A stretch of 64,000 bases of DNA. Source: Methylobacter sp. (GTDB lineage Bacteria > Pseudomonadota > Gammaproteobacteria > Methylococcales > Methylomonadaceae). A program made the position numbers and the translations under genes. Each line of letters opens with the position of its first letter. Within the stretch, counting starts at the first letter, position 1. The notes under the pieces are model-generated. The model worked only from the letters and a program-made list of their open reading frames with translations, was not told the DNA's origin and ran no database searches. The stretch is from NCBI GenBank assembly GCA_047920955.1, contig JBLRXA010000001.1:1200-65199 (forward strand), written 5' to 3'. Below, one piece after another: positions 28,971 to 40,000 of this stretch.

Positions 28971-30295
28971 ATTTCAATGTAGGCGTTTGCATTCCTTTTG
29001 GTAAATTGGGGGCTAATAAGGATTTATCTCGGCACATCTTCCCCGGCTTTTTTTTGCCCAAAAAAACGGGCGGGCGTTTATATTGCACATGGCAAATGGC
29101 CGTCCTGGCGCTCATCTTTGCTGCCGGCACACCGGCAAACGCCTGCGACCTAACCTGCCTTGAGCAAATTGACGCACAGGTGCGCCAGGCAGCCGCACTT
29201 AATGCGGACAAACGCTACACTGAAGCGGCGGATCTGCTGGAACGCCTGTTAATGCAATACCCGGATGCCGAAGACGCCGTGCAACAATACAGCCGTGCGC
29301 TGGCAGGGCTGGAAAGCCTGGCGGGCATCCAGCCCCCACAGCAAACAGGGCAAACCGAACAAATCAATACAAGCAGCCCACACGACTGGCAAATCAGCGG
29401 CGACCTGCAAATACGCGGCGGCTACAGCAGCAACTTAAACCAAGCGCCCACCCAGCCAAGCATCCAGCTGACCCTGCCCGACCAGACCGTCACCCTCGAA
29501 CTGCAGCAGCAATTCCAGAAACAAGCCGGATTTGGCATTGAAACACAGCTGAGTGCAAACGCAGGGCGTCTGCTTACAGACAAGCTGCAATGGCAAATAA
29601 GGGGCGAGCTTTTTAACCGGGAAACGGATTACAGCGGTTACGCAGACTATCAAGGCGCCAACCTGCTCAGCACACTGATGCGGCAATGGGACAACGGCGC
29701 CGAAACCGGCGCCGCACTAGGGTTTAACGCGCTGCATTATGGCGGCGACGTTTACCTGTACACGACCCAAATGATGCTGCGCCATGTCGGGAAAAAAGGC
29801 GCTTACTGCAAGCCCCAGACAGGGCTTGATTTGTTATGGCAAAGACAGCACCAAAACCCGCTGCTTGACAGCCGCTACACCGGGCTGATGGTCGGCGCCC
29901 TCTGCGATACCGGCCTCGGCTTTTATAGCGCCGCTGTCAACGCCGGATGGGATTGGGCCGACAGCCAACGGCCCGGCGGCGACCAGCAGCGTACCCGGCT
30001 GGAAATGCTCGGTATCTGGACGACCGACGCCCTCATCAAGAATAGCTTTGTCAAAGCCCATACCGATTTCCTGTACAGCAGCGACATGCAATCTTACAGC
30101 GCCTGGCTGGGTAACGGCGCCGCAAGATACATAAGCCGGGTCGGACTAGGCCTGGATTATGACTGGCCGTTGGCAGCAATAGCCGATAATTGGCGGGGAA
30201 CGGCCAGTGTAAGATGGCAAAATCAGAACAGCAACATCAGCCTGTTTGAAACCGACACGCTGGAAGGCTGGCTAGGCGTCAGGATAGTTTGGTAA
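28967..30295 (+). CDS. TPR + outer-membrane beta-barrel protein (Slam/DUF560-like)
   Basis: Hydrophobic signal segment, TPR-like EAADLLERLLMQYPD, GGYSSNLNQAP, amphipathic strands, WQNQNSNISLF, terminal W; true start may be downstream. Confidence 0.7.
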   Translation: MNFNVGVCIPFGKLGANKDLSRHIFPGFFLPKKTGGRLYCTWQMAVLALIFAAGTPANACDLTCLEQIDAQVRQAAALNADKRYTEAADLLERLLMQYPDAEDAVQQYSRALAGLESLAGIQPPQQTGQTEQINTSSPHDWQISGDLQIRGGYSSNLNQAPTQPSIQLTLPDQTVTLELQQQFQKQAGFGIETQLSANAGRLLTDKLQWQIRGELFNRETDYSGYADYQGANLLSTLMRQWDNGAETGAALGFNALHYGGDVYLYTTQMMLRHVGKKGAYCKPQTGLDLLWQRQHQNPLLDSRYTGLMVGALCDTGLGFYSAAVNAGWDWADSQRPGGDQQRTRLEMLGIWTTDALIKNSFVKAHTDFLYSSDMQSYSAWLGNGAARYISRVGLGLDYDWPLAAIADNWRGTASVRWQNQNSNISLFETDTLEGWLGVRIVW

Positions 30296-30342
30296 CGCCC
30301 GCAGTTTTCAGGCGGATTTCGGTAAAATTGCACACCCGGACA

Positions 30343-30906
30343 TCACTTCAGTAAAGCCTGTTTTTTCTGCCGCGCACGTTCGGTTTTTTCAGCCTCTTCT
30401 TGTTGTTTACGCAAACAACGGGCATCGTAACGGCGTTTGGCCTGTGCGGATTTTTGCCCCCGGCCTATGCCGACAATAGGGGGCGGTATCGGCTGCATGA
30501 CAATGCAATCGACTGGGCAAGGCGCAATGCACAATTCACAACCGGTACACTCCGAAGCGATAACTGTGTGCATGAATTTTGCCGCGCCCAATATCGCATC
30601 GACCGGACAAGCGGCAATACATTTAACGCAGCCGATACAGTCCTGTTCAATAATAAAGGCAACATGGACGGGTTTGTGGGTGCCGTATCCGGTATTCAGC
30701 GGCTTGAAAGGGATGCCCAATAAATCGGCCAGATCGCGTATGCCGTCATCGCCACCGGGCGGACACTGGTTGATGTCCGCCGCGCCCGAAGCGATAGCCT
30801 CGGCGTAAGGGCGGCAGCCCCGGAAGCTGCATTGGCCGCATTGGGTCTGCGGCAATAAGGCGTTGATTGCGTCGATTAATGGAGGGGGTGCAGGTGTGGC
30901 GGGCAT
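30343..30906 (-). CDS. rnfB: RnfB/RsxB-like Fe-S electron transport subunit
   Basis: [28 protein letters not shown], two CxxCxxCxxxCP motifs. Confidence 0.9.
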   Translation of the reverse strand: MPATPAPPPLIDAINALLPQTQCGQCSFRGCRPYAEAIASGAADINQCPPGGDDGIRDLADLLGIPFKPLNTGYGTHKPVHVAFIIEQDCIGCVKCIAACPVDAILGAAKFMHTVIASECTGCELCIAPCPVDCIVMQPIPPPIVGIGRGQKSAQAKRRYDARCLRKQQEEAEKTERARQKKQALLK

Positions 30907-30936
30907 GTTTTGTGTAGTGGAAAAAATAGCGGGCTG

Positions 30937-31003
30937 TGTCCACAAGCCACAAAAGCCGCAAAAATGTACTGTTTTTTCGTGGCTTTTGTGTCTTTCGTGG
31001 GCA
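30937..31003. repeat. Second copy of the CCACGAA-type imperfect inverted repeat
   Basis: TGTCCACAAGCCACAAAAGCC...TTCGTGGCTTTTGTGTCTTTCGTGGGCA. Confidence 0.6.
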
Positions 31004-31031
31004 ATCAGGAAATCCGGTTAAGGCATTACTT

Positions 31032-31388
31032 TTATTCGGCAACCGGTTTGTCGGAATTGAGCGCATTCCAGCCGATGACAATCCGGTATATCAGCAACAT
31101 CAAGGTTGCGATCAGGATAAAAATACCGATGCCGAATTCAAAGGTCAAGCCGGACAATGCCGTTCCGGCCAGTGTTATCCATACCGTTTTAATCTGCCAG
31201 TCGAAGTGGGATTCGAGCCAGGTTCCCCTTACATCATTGCGTTTGACGAAGTTGATAATGACACCGATCAGCAACGGCAATCCGGCAAATGCAAAAGCCA
31301 AGACCTGGCATAAATATACGATTGCGGCCAATCTTTTCAATGGGCGCAATGTTTCATCATCAATTGTGTGGGTTGTAGCCTCATTCAT
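31032..31388 (-). CDS. DUF4870-like small membrane protein
   Basis: GTWLESHFDWQIKT, YRIVIGW; three TM segments. Confidence 0.85.
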   Translation of the reverse strand: MNEATTHTIDDETLRPLKRLAAIVYLCQVLAFAFAGLPLLIGVIINFVKRNDVRGTWLESHFDWQIKTVWITLAGTALSGLTFEFGIGIFILIATLMLLIYRIVIGWNALNSDKPVAE

Positions 31389-31502
31389 AATGCACCTGCC
31401 TTGTTGATTTGCTGTGATGGCAACCCGCGAAGCTGCGCGGCGTTTACGTTAAATATAATCCGAATCGCCGGCAAAGCAACTGCCGGCAAGCTCATTTTAT
31501 GC

Positions 31503-31982
31503 TTAAAATCCAAACGCGGACAAGCCGGGATGGTCATCGGGCCGTGGCCCTTGTGGCCAATGAAATTTCCGCTCCGTTTCGGCAATCGGCAAATCGTTGA
31601 TGCTGGCATGGCGCTGCTTCATCAAACCATTTTGGTCGAATTCCCAATTTTCATTGCCGTAGGAACGGAACCAGTTGCCGGAAGCATCATGCCATTCATA
31701 GGCAAAACGGACGGCAATACGTGCCTCGTGAAAAGCCCATAACTCTTTTATCAGGCGGTAGTCCAGTTCCTTGGCCCATTTTTGTTGCAAAAACTGCACA
31801 ATCCGCTCGCGGCCACTAAAAAATTCGGCGCGGTTACGCCATTGGCTGTCAACGCTGTAAGCCAGCGCTATTTTTTCCGGGTCATGGGTGTTCCAGGCAT
31901 TTTCAGCGGCGCGCACTTTTTGCGCCGCCGTTTCGGCAGTGAAGGGCGGCAACGGTGGGCGGCTATTTTCAGTCATGTTCAA
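31503..31982 (-). CDS. DUF1348 / NTF2-like family protein
   Basis: [38 protein letters not shown]. Confidence 0.93.
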   Translation of the reverse strand: MNMTENSRPPLPPFTAETAAQKVRAAENAWNTHDPEKIALAYSVDSQWRNRAEFFSGRERIVQFLQQKWAKELDYRLIKELWAFHEARIAVRFAYEWHDASGNWFRSYGNENWEFDQNGLMKQRHASINDLPIAETERKFHWPQGPRPDDHPGLSAFGF

Positions 31983-32029
31983 TCCTCGTTTATTGTTATC
32001 GGCGGATGAAATGTAGTGCCTGGCCGCTG

Positions 32030-32839
32030 TTATTGCAACACAAATTTAAGCCCGATTAACATCAGGATAGCCGCCAAAATCGGCCTTAAAAACCGTTCAG
32101 GGATTTTGGCGCTCAGGTGGCTGCCCACCCATATACCCGGCAACGAGCCGAGCAACAGGCTGACCAATAACACCAAATCGACATTACCCAAACCGAGATG
32201 GCCAAGCCCTGCAACGGCAGTCAGCGGAATGGCGTGGGCCAAATCAGTGCCGACAATTTTCAGCGTGGTCATTCTCGGATAAAGGAACAACAGCGCAACC
32301 GTACCCAGTGCCCCTGCGCCCACCGACGACAGCGTCACCAATACGCCCAGCACCGCGCCAATCAGGACGGTGGCGGGAATTTGCAGATGCTTGAAACGCC
32401 CGGCGTTTTCGGGGTTGCTGTGTTCGTCATCAATCGGTTTAAGTTTTGCCGCACGGCTTAACAGGACGCTGCGCACGATCAGCGAAGATGCCGTCAGCAG
32501 CAAGGCAATACCGAGTGTAAAGGTAATGGCTCCGGAAGTTTCCTTGCCGATTGACGCCAAATGCCTCAGCGCAAACAACGTCCCCAGGGCAAAGGGAATG
32601 CTGCCCAGCGCCAGCCAGCCGACGATTTTCCAATCGACCGAACTATGTTTGTTGTGATGCACCCAGACGCCGCCGGTCTTGGTGATGGCGGCGAACAGCA
32701 GGTCAGTCCCTACCGCGACGGCAGGCTTGAAGCCGAACAGAAAAACCAGCAATGGCGTCATCAGTGAACCGCCGCCGACGCCGGTCAGTCCGACCAATAT
32801 GCCTACGAAAAAGCCGGAAACTGTAAATCCCCAATTCAT
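32030..32839 (-). CDS. TauE/SafE (DUF81) sulfite exporter family permease
   Basis: [33 protein letters not shown]. Confidence 0.93.
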   Translation of the reverse strand: MNWGFTVSGFFVGILVGLTGVGGGSLMTPLLVFLFGFKPAVAVGTDLLFAAITKTGGVWVHHNKHSSVDWKIVGWLALGSIPFALGTLFALRHLASIGKETSGAITFTLGIALLLTASSLIVRSVLLSRAAKLKPIDDEHSNPENAGRFKHLQIPATVLIGAVLGVLVTLSSVGAGALGTVALLFLYPRMTTLKIVGTDLAHAIPLTAVAGLGHLGLGNVDLVLLVSLLLGSLPGIWVGSHLSAKIPERFLRPILAAILMLIGLKFVLQ

Positions 32840-33140
32840 AAAAAACTGCCCTTGTTATCATGCGTTTAAAAAGCCGTGCATTATAACAGGCGGACAGTGG
32901 CGAGTAAGGTATCAAAACTGTAGGCCGGCAATTTTCGCTGTCCGGTATGCAAGCAATATTATTGTGAAAGCAGCCATGGCCTCACGGCTTTCATGGCCGT
33001 TAGATGGGGGTGGCCAAAATGTACAAATAAATGCGCATGCTAAATGTGCATTTTTGTCATGGCCAACAGAAATGTTGATTTTAAATAAAATACACCTATA
33101 GTTGCCAAACAAAAAACCATCCACCTTTAGCGAGCTTACT

Positions 33141-34145
33141 ATGCAACATTTTCGTCTTTCTTTTATTGTCACTGCGGTCTGCTTAGTGGCTGCATTCTAT
33201 TGGGGCGGAATAATGGGCGTTTTTATCGCCTCTATTCTGGGTGTCCTCGAAGTCAGCCTGTCATTTGATAATGCCGTGGTCAACGCCTCCATACTCAAGC
33301 GCATGGATGAGCGTTGGCAGCAGTATTTTTTGACGTGGGGCATTTTGGTTGCCGTTTTCGGTATGCGCTTGCTGTTCCCTATTTTGATTGTGGCGGCGGC
33401 CACCGGTATCGGCTTTTTCGGCGTGACCGAAATGGCGTTAAACGATCCTGACACATACGCCAAACATTTAACCGAATCGCATGTACAAATCGCGGCTTTT
33501 GGCGGCATGTTTCTGTTGATGGTGTTTTATTCGTTCATCTTCGATGAAAACCGCGAATTGCATTGGCTCGGCTACATCGAAGAAAAAATGGCGTCGTTCG
33601 GCAAGCTAGAAGCGATTGAAATCATCATGGCTTTAGGGCCGCTGTTAATCATACAAAACTTCCTGCCTGAGGAAATTCGGCTGGACGCACTGGTTGCCGG
33701 TGTCTCTGGCGTCATATTATTTGTGATCGTCGATAGTTTGTCCGCCTTGTTTGAAGATGAAGAAGAGGGCGAACAGGTTGTTGCGGTGCTGAAAAAAAGC
33801 GGCATGATGAGCTTTGTTTATCTTGAAGTCTTGGACGCCTCGTTTTCATTCGACGGCGTGATCGGCGCGTTTGCGATTACTCAGGATGTGGTGATCATCA
33901 TGCTGGGTCTAGCTATCGGCGCGATGTTTGTGCGGAGCATGACAGTATTTTTGGTGCGTCGCGGCACCTTGGATGAATATGTATTCTTGGAGCATGGCGC
34001 GCATTATGCGATTGGCGTGTTGGCGGGCATTATGCTAATCAGCATGACCCATCATATCCCCGAGATTGTTACCGGCCTAGCGGGCGCAATCTTTATCGGG
34101 TTGTCGGTTTATTCATCGATACTTTATAAGCAACAGGGCGGTTGA
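33141..34145 (+). CDS. DUF475 (TerC-superfamily) membrane protein
   Basis: LEVSLSFDNAVVNA, YLEVLDASFSFDGVIGAFAI, LEHGAHYAI. Confidence 0.93.
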   Translation: MQHFRLSFIVTAVCLVAAFYWGGIMGVFIASILGVLEVSLSFDNAVVNASILKRMDERWQQYFLTWGILVAVFGMRLLFPILIVAAATGIGFFGVTEMALNDPDTYAKHLTESHVQIAAFGGMFLLMVFYSFIFDENRELHWLGYIEEKMASFGKLEAIEIIMALGPLLIIQNFLPEEIRLDALVAGVSGVILFVIVDSLSALFEDEEEGEQVVAVLKKSGMMSFVYLEVLDASFSFDGVIGAFAITQDVVIIMLGLAIGAMFVRSMTVFLVRRGTLDEYVFLEHGAHYAIGVLAGIMLISMTHHIPEIVTGLAGAIFIGLSVYSSILYKQQGG

Positions 34146-34161
34146 GGTCTTATTATCGCTC

Positions 34162-34188
34162 CCGTCGCGACGTCTACGTCGCGGCTGG
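34162..34188 (+). terminator. GC-rich hairpin after the DUF475 gene
   Basis: GTCGCGACGT-CT-ACGTCGCGGC stem, flanked by TTATTAT/AATAATAA. Confidence 0.5.
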
Positions 34189-34238
34189 AAATAATAAGCA
34201 GCTTGTTAATTGCTTTTTAATCGCATAGCATTCGCCCC

Positions 34239-34631
34239 ATGTTGACATCCCTCCGCAAATTCACCGTTATTTTTCTGGCTATCGTGCAATTGATTGCACC
34301 GCTAGTCCATGCGCATACCGGCGAGAAAAGTTCAGGCCTGGGGCTGCATGTGCCTGGCCTTGAAATGTATGGCGCGGAACATGATGTGTTGACGGTTCAG
34401 GTGCAAAGCCATGATTTTGGCATTGACGGTATGCTGATTGGTATTGATGCCGGCATCGAAGACACCTATGTGAATGCCGTTTCGGATAACAGCCTTTATT
34501 TGCATCAACAGGCACCGGTCGTCAACACCTTAATGTCCCCTTTTGACATTAACTTTTCACCGCAATCGCAGCAGTTTTTCGGTCGCTTGCTGATCCCCTC
34601 GCTTTCCCCTCGCGCACCCCCTGCCCGCTAA
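34239..34631 (+). CDS. Exported His-containing leader protein ending in RAPP (DUF2946/CzcI/CruR-like)
   Basis: Signal peptide, VHAH and LHVPGLE, C-terminal SPRAPPAR*; first gene before the RND operon. Confidence 0.75.
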   Translation: MLTSLRKFTVIFLAIVQLIAPLVHAHTGEKSSGLGLHVPGLEMYGAEHDVLTVQVQSHDFGIDGMLIGIDAGIEDTYVNAVSDNSLYLHQQAPVVNTLMSPFDINFSPQSQQFFGRLLIPSLSPRAPPAR

Positions 34632-34716
34632 TTTCAACGCCTATTCGGGTTCCACTCAGGAACTTTTTGTTGATTTTATTGATAGCGCGGCACTTACGCC
34701 GCATTGAGCTTGTCCT

Positions 34717-35970
34717 ATGTTTTCCCTGAATTTTTTCAGTGCCTCTAGCTTGGTTTATGTATTGGCCACGGCGCTGAGCGTTGCCGATTCGCACCCTATT
34801 GTCGAACATCACGACCCGATTACCCCCGATGCCAGCTTGAATCTAGCCAAGGTGGTTGAACTGACGCTGGAAAAATACCCTGACAGCCGTTGGCTGAATG
34901 CGCTGGAACAAGAAGCGGCGGCACTGGCGCAACGCGGCAATAGCTGGACAGCGGGCGCTGCGCAAGCGGGGCTTAGTTTTGAGGAAGCCACCAGCGGCAC
35001 GTTGCATTACCTGAATGCCTCGGTGCAAGTGCCGTTATGGAATATAGGCCAGCGCGGTGCCGAACAACAAACGGCACAACTGGCGGAAACCAGCGCGCAG
35101 TCGCAGGCGGCAGCGGTTAAATTACGGGTCGCCGGCTTGGTTAGGGCGGCGCTGTGGGATATGGCGCTGGCCAATATCAGTTACGATCAGGCCAAAATCG
35201 AGTTGGACATTACCGATCAGTTGCTGGCAAAAGTGCAGCGGCGGGTTGATCTGGGTGATTTGCCCCGGGCCGACTTTTTACTGGCGAAAACCGAGTCCTT
35301 GCAAAAACGCTCGGTGGTCACGCTGGCCGAAGCCGAATTAATGCACACGCGCAAACGCTATGCCAGCATCACCCAAATGACCAAAATCCCTGCCGATTTT
35401 CACGAGCCGTTGGCAGCACTCACCGAAATTGCGCAAAATCATCCGGCCTTGGTGGCGATTAACAGCCAAATTCAGCGCAAACAGGCGGAACTCAATGCCG
35501 TTAAATTGGTCGGTTCCGGCCAGACTAATATCGCTGTCGGCGTTAACAGCGACCGGGGCAATAACGATGAACGCAGTAACTACACCGAAAGTTTCAGTGT
35601 CGGCGTCACCGTCCCGTTTGGCGGTAGCGCGCATCTGGCGCCGCAAGTGGCCGCCGTCAATGTCGAATTAAACAGGCTGATAGCCGAACGCGAACACATG
35701 AACCGCGATTTGGAACAGGCGCACCACGAGGCCGAACACAGTTTGGAGGTCAATCGCGCCGAACTGGGCATTGCCAACGAGTTGCAACAGGTGGCACAGG
35801 CGCATTTGAAAATGACCGAGTTGAGTTTTTCGGTCGGTGAAATCAACCTGATGGATTTATTGAAAATCCAGTCCAGAACCCAGCAGGCGGTATTAAACGC
35901 CAAGCAGCGGGAGATCATGCTGCAGCGCGATATAGCGCTGTATAACCAAGCCGTAGGAGTTGCGCCATGA
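34717..35970 (+). CDS. TolC-family outer-membrane factor (CzcC-like)
   Basis: Helical repeats, VQVPLW, VTVPFG, GEINLMDLL; position in RND operon. Confidence 0.9.
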   Translation: MFSLNFFSASSLVYVLATALSVADSHPIVEHHDPITPDASLNLAKVVELTLEKYPDSRWLNALEQEAAALAQRGNSWTAGAAQAGLSFEEATSGTLHYLNASVQVPLWNIGQRGAEQQTAQLAETSAQSQAAAVKLRVAGLVRAALWDMALANISYDQAKIELDITDQLLAKVQRRVDLGDLPRADFLLAKTESLQKRSVVTLAEAELMHTRKRYASITQMTKIPADFHEPLAALTEIAQNHPALVAINSQIQRKQAELNAVKLVGSGQTNIAVGVNSDRGNNDERSNYTESFSVGVTVPFGGSAHLAPQVAAVNVELNRLIAEREHMNRDLEQAHHEAEHSLEVNRAELGIANELQQVAQAHLKMTELSFSVGEINLMDLLKIQSRTQQAVLNAKQREIMLQRDIALYNQAVGVAP

Positions 35971-37061
35971 GAGCCGTTATTATCCTTTTGTTGCTGTTGA
36001 GCCTAAACAGCTACGCCAGTGAAAGTACCATTCAAATTTCCCCAGAACACAGCGCCAATCTGGGCGTCAAACTCGGCAAACTGGAACCCGCCACGCAAAT
36101 TCCGCTGTTGTCGGCACCGGCCAAAGTCGTGGTGCCGCCGACACAGGAATATGTTGTCAGTGCCGCACAAACCGGCGTCATCGAACAATTGATCGTGGCC
36201 GTCGGCGATAAGGTCGCTAAAGGTCAGTTGTTGGCGCAACTGAACAGCCCGGAATTATTGACCCTACAGCGCGAGTATCTGAAAGCCGTCAGTACCTTGC
36301 AACTGGCCGAAGCGACTTTTCAACGCGATAAAAAACTGATTGAAGAAGGCGTTATTGCCGACCGCCGTTGGCAGGAAACGCGCGTCGAATACCAGTCTTT
36401 GGGCTCCGAAGCGAATGAACAAAAGCAGCTGCTGGAAATGGCCGGTATGAGCGCTAATGAAATCCGGCAACTGGCGAAAACCCATAAACTGACCCGTCAA
36501 CTTAATGTTTATGCGCCGATAACCGGCGTGGTGATGGAGCGTTTGGCCGTCGCCGGCACCCGTATCGACATGATGGCGCCGTTGTACCGCATCGCCAATC
36601 TGGATGAATTGTGGCTGGAAATCGCCATTCCGCAGGAACGCATGGACAGCGTGAAGCTGGGCAATCGGGTCGAAGTTGAAAATACAAAGGTCAGTGCAAG
36701 CATCACCTTACTGGGGCAAAGCGTCAATCCGGAAAACCAGACCGTGCTGGCCAGAGCCGTGGTCGCAAAACAACGCGGTAACACAGTGCTGCGCCCCGGA
36801 CAGCGGCTTAACACCCGCATTATCCAGTCCAGTCGGCAAGCGGCGTTTAAAATCCCCAATGCAGCCATCGCCCAAAATGAAGGCCGTGCGTTTATTTTTA
36901 TCCGCACTGAGCAAGGCTTTGTGGTGACGCCGATTACCGTGGTCGGCAAACAGGGTGACGAATCGATTATTAGCGGCGCATTAAGCGGCACTGAAGACAT
37001 CGCCGTTCAAGGCGCGGTGGCGCTCAAAGCCAACTGGTTAGGTTTGGGCGGTGACGAATGA
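35967..37061 (+). CDS. RND periplasmic adaptor (CzcB-like)
   Basis: VGDKVAKGQLL, APITGVV, IANLDELW. Confidence 0.93.
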   Translation: MRAVIILLLLLSLNSYASESTIQISPEHSANLGVKLGKLEPATQIPLLSAPAKVVVPPTQEYVVSAAQTGVIEQLIVAVGDKVAKGQLLAQLNSPELLTLQREYLKAVSTLQLAEATFQRDKKLIEEGVIADRRWQETRVEYQSLGSEANEQKQLLEMAGMSANEIRQLAKTHKLTRQLNVYAPITGVVMERLAVAGTRIDMMAPLYRIANLDELWLEIAIPQERMDSVKLGNRVEVENTKVSASITLLGQSVNPENQTVLARAVVAKQRGNTVLRPGQRLNTRIIQSSRQAAFKIPNAAIAQNEGRAFIFIRTEQGFVVTPITVVGKQGDESIISGALSGTEDIAVQGAVALKANWLGLGGDE

Positions 37062-40000
37062 TGTCCCGGCTGATTAGCTTTGCCTTAGGCCAGCGACTGC
37101 TGATGCTGTTGCTGGTCGCGCTGCTTGCGGGCGGCGGCTATTATGCGTTTAAACATATCCCGATTGACGCCTTTCCCGAAGTGTCGCCGACTCAGGTCAA
37201 GATTATCGTCAAGGCTCCCGGCATGACCCCGGAAGAAGTTGAAGCCCGTATCACCGCGCCGATTGAGGTCGAGCTGCTGGGCATTCCGCATCAAACCCTA
37301 TTGCGCTCCATCGCCAAATACGCGCTGACCGACATTACTGTCGATTTTGAAGAAGGCACCGATATTTACTGGGCGCGCCAGCAAATTGCCGAACGCCTGA
37401 ATACGCTGTGGGGCGATTTGCCGGGCGGCATTGAAGGCGGCATTGCGCCGATGACCACGCCGCTGGGCGAGATGTTCATGTTCACCGTCGAAGGCGGCGG
37501 TTTATCGTTAATGGAACGCCGAAGCCTGTTGGATTGGGTGATACGGCCTGCTTTGCGCACCGTGCCCGGCGTTGCCGATGTCAACTCATTGGGCGGCATG
37601 GTCAGAAGTTTTGAGGTCATTCCCGACAATACCCGCTTGTCAGCGCGTGGCATCAGCATCGCCCAATTAAGCGCCGCCTTGCAAAATAACAACCGCAACG
37701 ACGGCGCCGGACGCATCACTGACGGCGAAGAAGCGCTGATCGTCCGCGCTGAAGGCCGTATCCTTACCTTGGACGATGTTGGCCTTATCGTGGTCGATAA
37801 CAAAAACGGCACGCCCATTACGGTCAGTGATGTCGCCACCATCAAAATCGGCGCGTTGACCCGCTACGGCGCGGTCAGCAAGAATGGCGAAGGTGAAGCC
37901 GTGACCGGCTTGGTGCTGAGTTTGCGCGGCGCCAATGCCCGCCAGACCATTGCCGGTATCGAGAAAAAACTGGCCGAAATCAGCCCCGGTTTTCCCAAAG
38001 GTGTTGAAACCAAGGTTTTCTACAATCGCGGCAATCTGGTCGATAAAGCGGTCGATACCGTGTTACATGCCTTGCTCGAAGCCATTGCGCTGGTTGTGGT
38101 GCTGCTGCTGTTATTTCTGGGCAATTTGCGCGCCGCGTTGGTCGTGGCTTTGGCCTTGCCGCTGGCGGCCGCGTTTACTTTTATTTTGATGTACAACATG
38201 GGCATGTCGGCCAATTTGATGAGCTTAGGCGGCCTTGCCATTGCTATCGGCATGTTGGTCGATGCCGCCGTGGTGGTGGTGGAAAACATGATTACGCATC
38301 TGGCGCACGTCGAAAAAACCCAACGCCTGCCGCGCTTGCATGTACTTTATCGCGCCACCCGCGAAGTTGCGGTGCCGGTGGTGTCGGGCATTTTAATCAT
38401 CATCATCGTGTTTTTGCCGCTTTTAACCTTGCAGGGTTTGGAAGGCAAATTATTCACCCCGGTGGCGCTGACCATTGTCTTTGCGCTCAGCGGTTCGCTG
38501 GTGTTGTCGCTAACCGTGATTCCGGTGATCGCGTCGTATCTATTAAAAGACGTGTCGCACGAAGAACCCTGGCTGCCCCGGCAATTACAAAAATTGTATC
38601 AGCCCGCCTTGGTCTGGTGTCTGTTTAACAGCAAAAAAGTGTTTGTCGGCGCCGGCGCTTTATTGGCGGTCACCGCCTTGGTGTTTAGCCAAATCGGCAG
38701 TACCTTTATGCCAACCTTGGATGAAGGCGACATTATTGTGCAGCTGGAAAAACTGCCGTCGATTACGCTGGAACAGTCGGTTGCGCTGGATATTCAGGTG
38801 CAAAAAAACCTGCTGAAAAATATCCCCGAAATCGTCGACATCGTCGCCCGCGTCGGTTCCGATGAACTGGGGCTTGACCCGATGAGCCTGAACGACACCG
38901 ACACGTTTTTAATCCTGAAGCCTAAAAAAGAATGGCGCATGGACAGCAAAGAAAAACTGCTTGATGAAATCCGCACGGTGATGGCGCAAACGCCAGGCAT
39001 TGCTTTTCAGTTTACCCAGCCCATTGAAATGCGCGTGTCGGAAATGCTCACCGGTACCCGTGGCGATGTCGCGGTTAAATTATTCGGCAGCGATTTGGCC
39101 GTGCTCAACGACAAAGCCCAGCACATTGCCGAGGTGTTAAAAGCTATTAACGGCGCTAGCGATGTGTTCGTCAAGCAAAATGACGGTATGCAGTTTTTGC
39201 AGCTAACCATCGACAAATCCGCCGCCGGGCGCCTGGGTTTGGACAGCGACAGCATCGAAACCTTGCTGCGCGCGCAGATTGAAGGCCTAAAACTGGGCGT
39301 GGTGCAAGAAGGCATCAAACGCACCCCGTTGATTTTGCGCGGCGACAGCAATACCGCGACCTTTGACAGCCTGCAAATTACCCTGCCTAATGGCGGCCAT
39401 GTGCCTATCACCGCCATCGCCAAACTAGACAAAGTCGAAGGCGTGGTGTCGGTCGGCCGGGAACACGGCCAGCGTTTTGTCGTCATCACCAGCAACGTGC
39501 TAAACCGCGATTTGGTCAGTTTTGTCGATGAGGCGCGCGCCGCCGTTGCGGAAAAAATCGACTTGCCGATTGGCTATACCGTCGAATTCGGCGGCCAGTT
39601 TGAAAACCAGCAACGTGCGGCGGCGACCTTGTCGCTGGTGGTTCCGGTCTCGTTAGGCCTGATTTTTTTACTGTTGTTTTCAACCTTCGGCTCAGTGCGT
39701 CAGGCGGTGCTGGTGTTGTCCAACATCCCGCTGGCAATGGTCGGCGGCGTTTTCGCCCTAGGCTTATCCGGCGAGTATTTATCAGTACCGGCCTCGGTCG
39801 GCTTTATCGCCTTGCTGGGCATTGCCGTACTCAATGGCGTGGTCATGGTCAGTTATTTTAACCAACTGCTGGCCACCGGTATGGACGTGCTGAAAGTGGT
39901 GCAACTCGGCTCGTCGCGGCGTTTGCGCCCGGTGCTGATGACCGCCGGTATCGCCGCTTTCGGTTTAATCCCGCTATTATTCGCCACCGGGCCGGGTTCT

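Noticed and set aside
32840-33140. yybP-ykoY (Mn) riboswitch expected upstream of a TerC-like gene
   Set aside because: No GGGGAGUA-type conserved core seen
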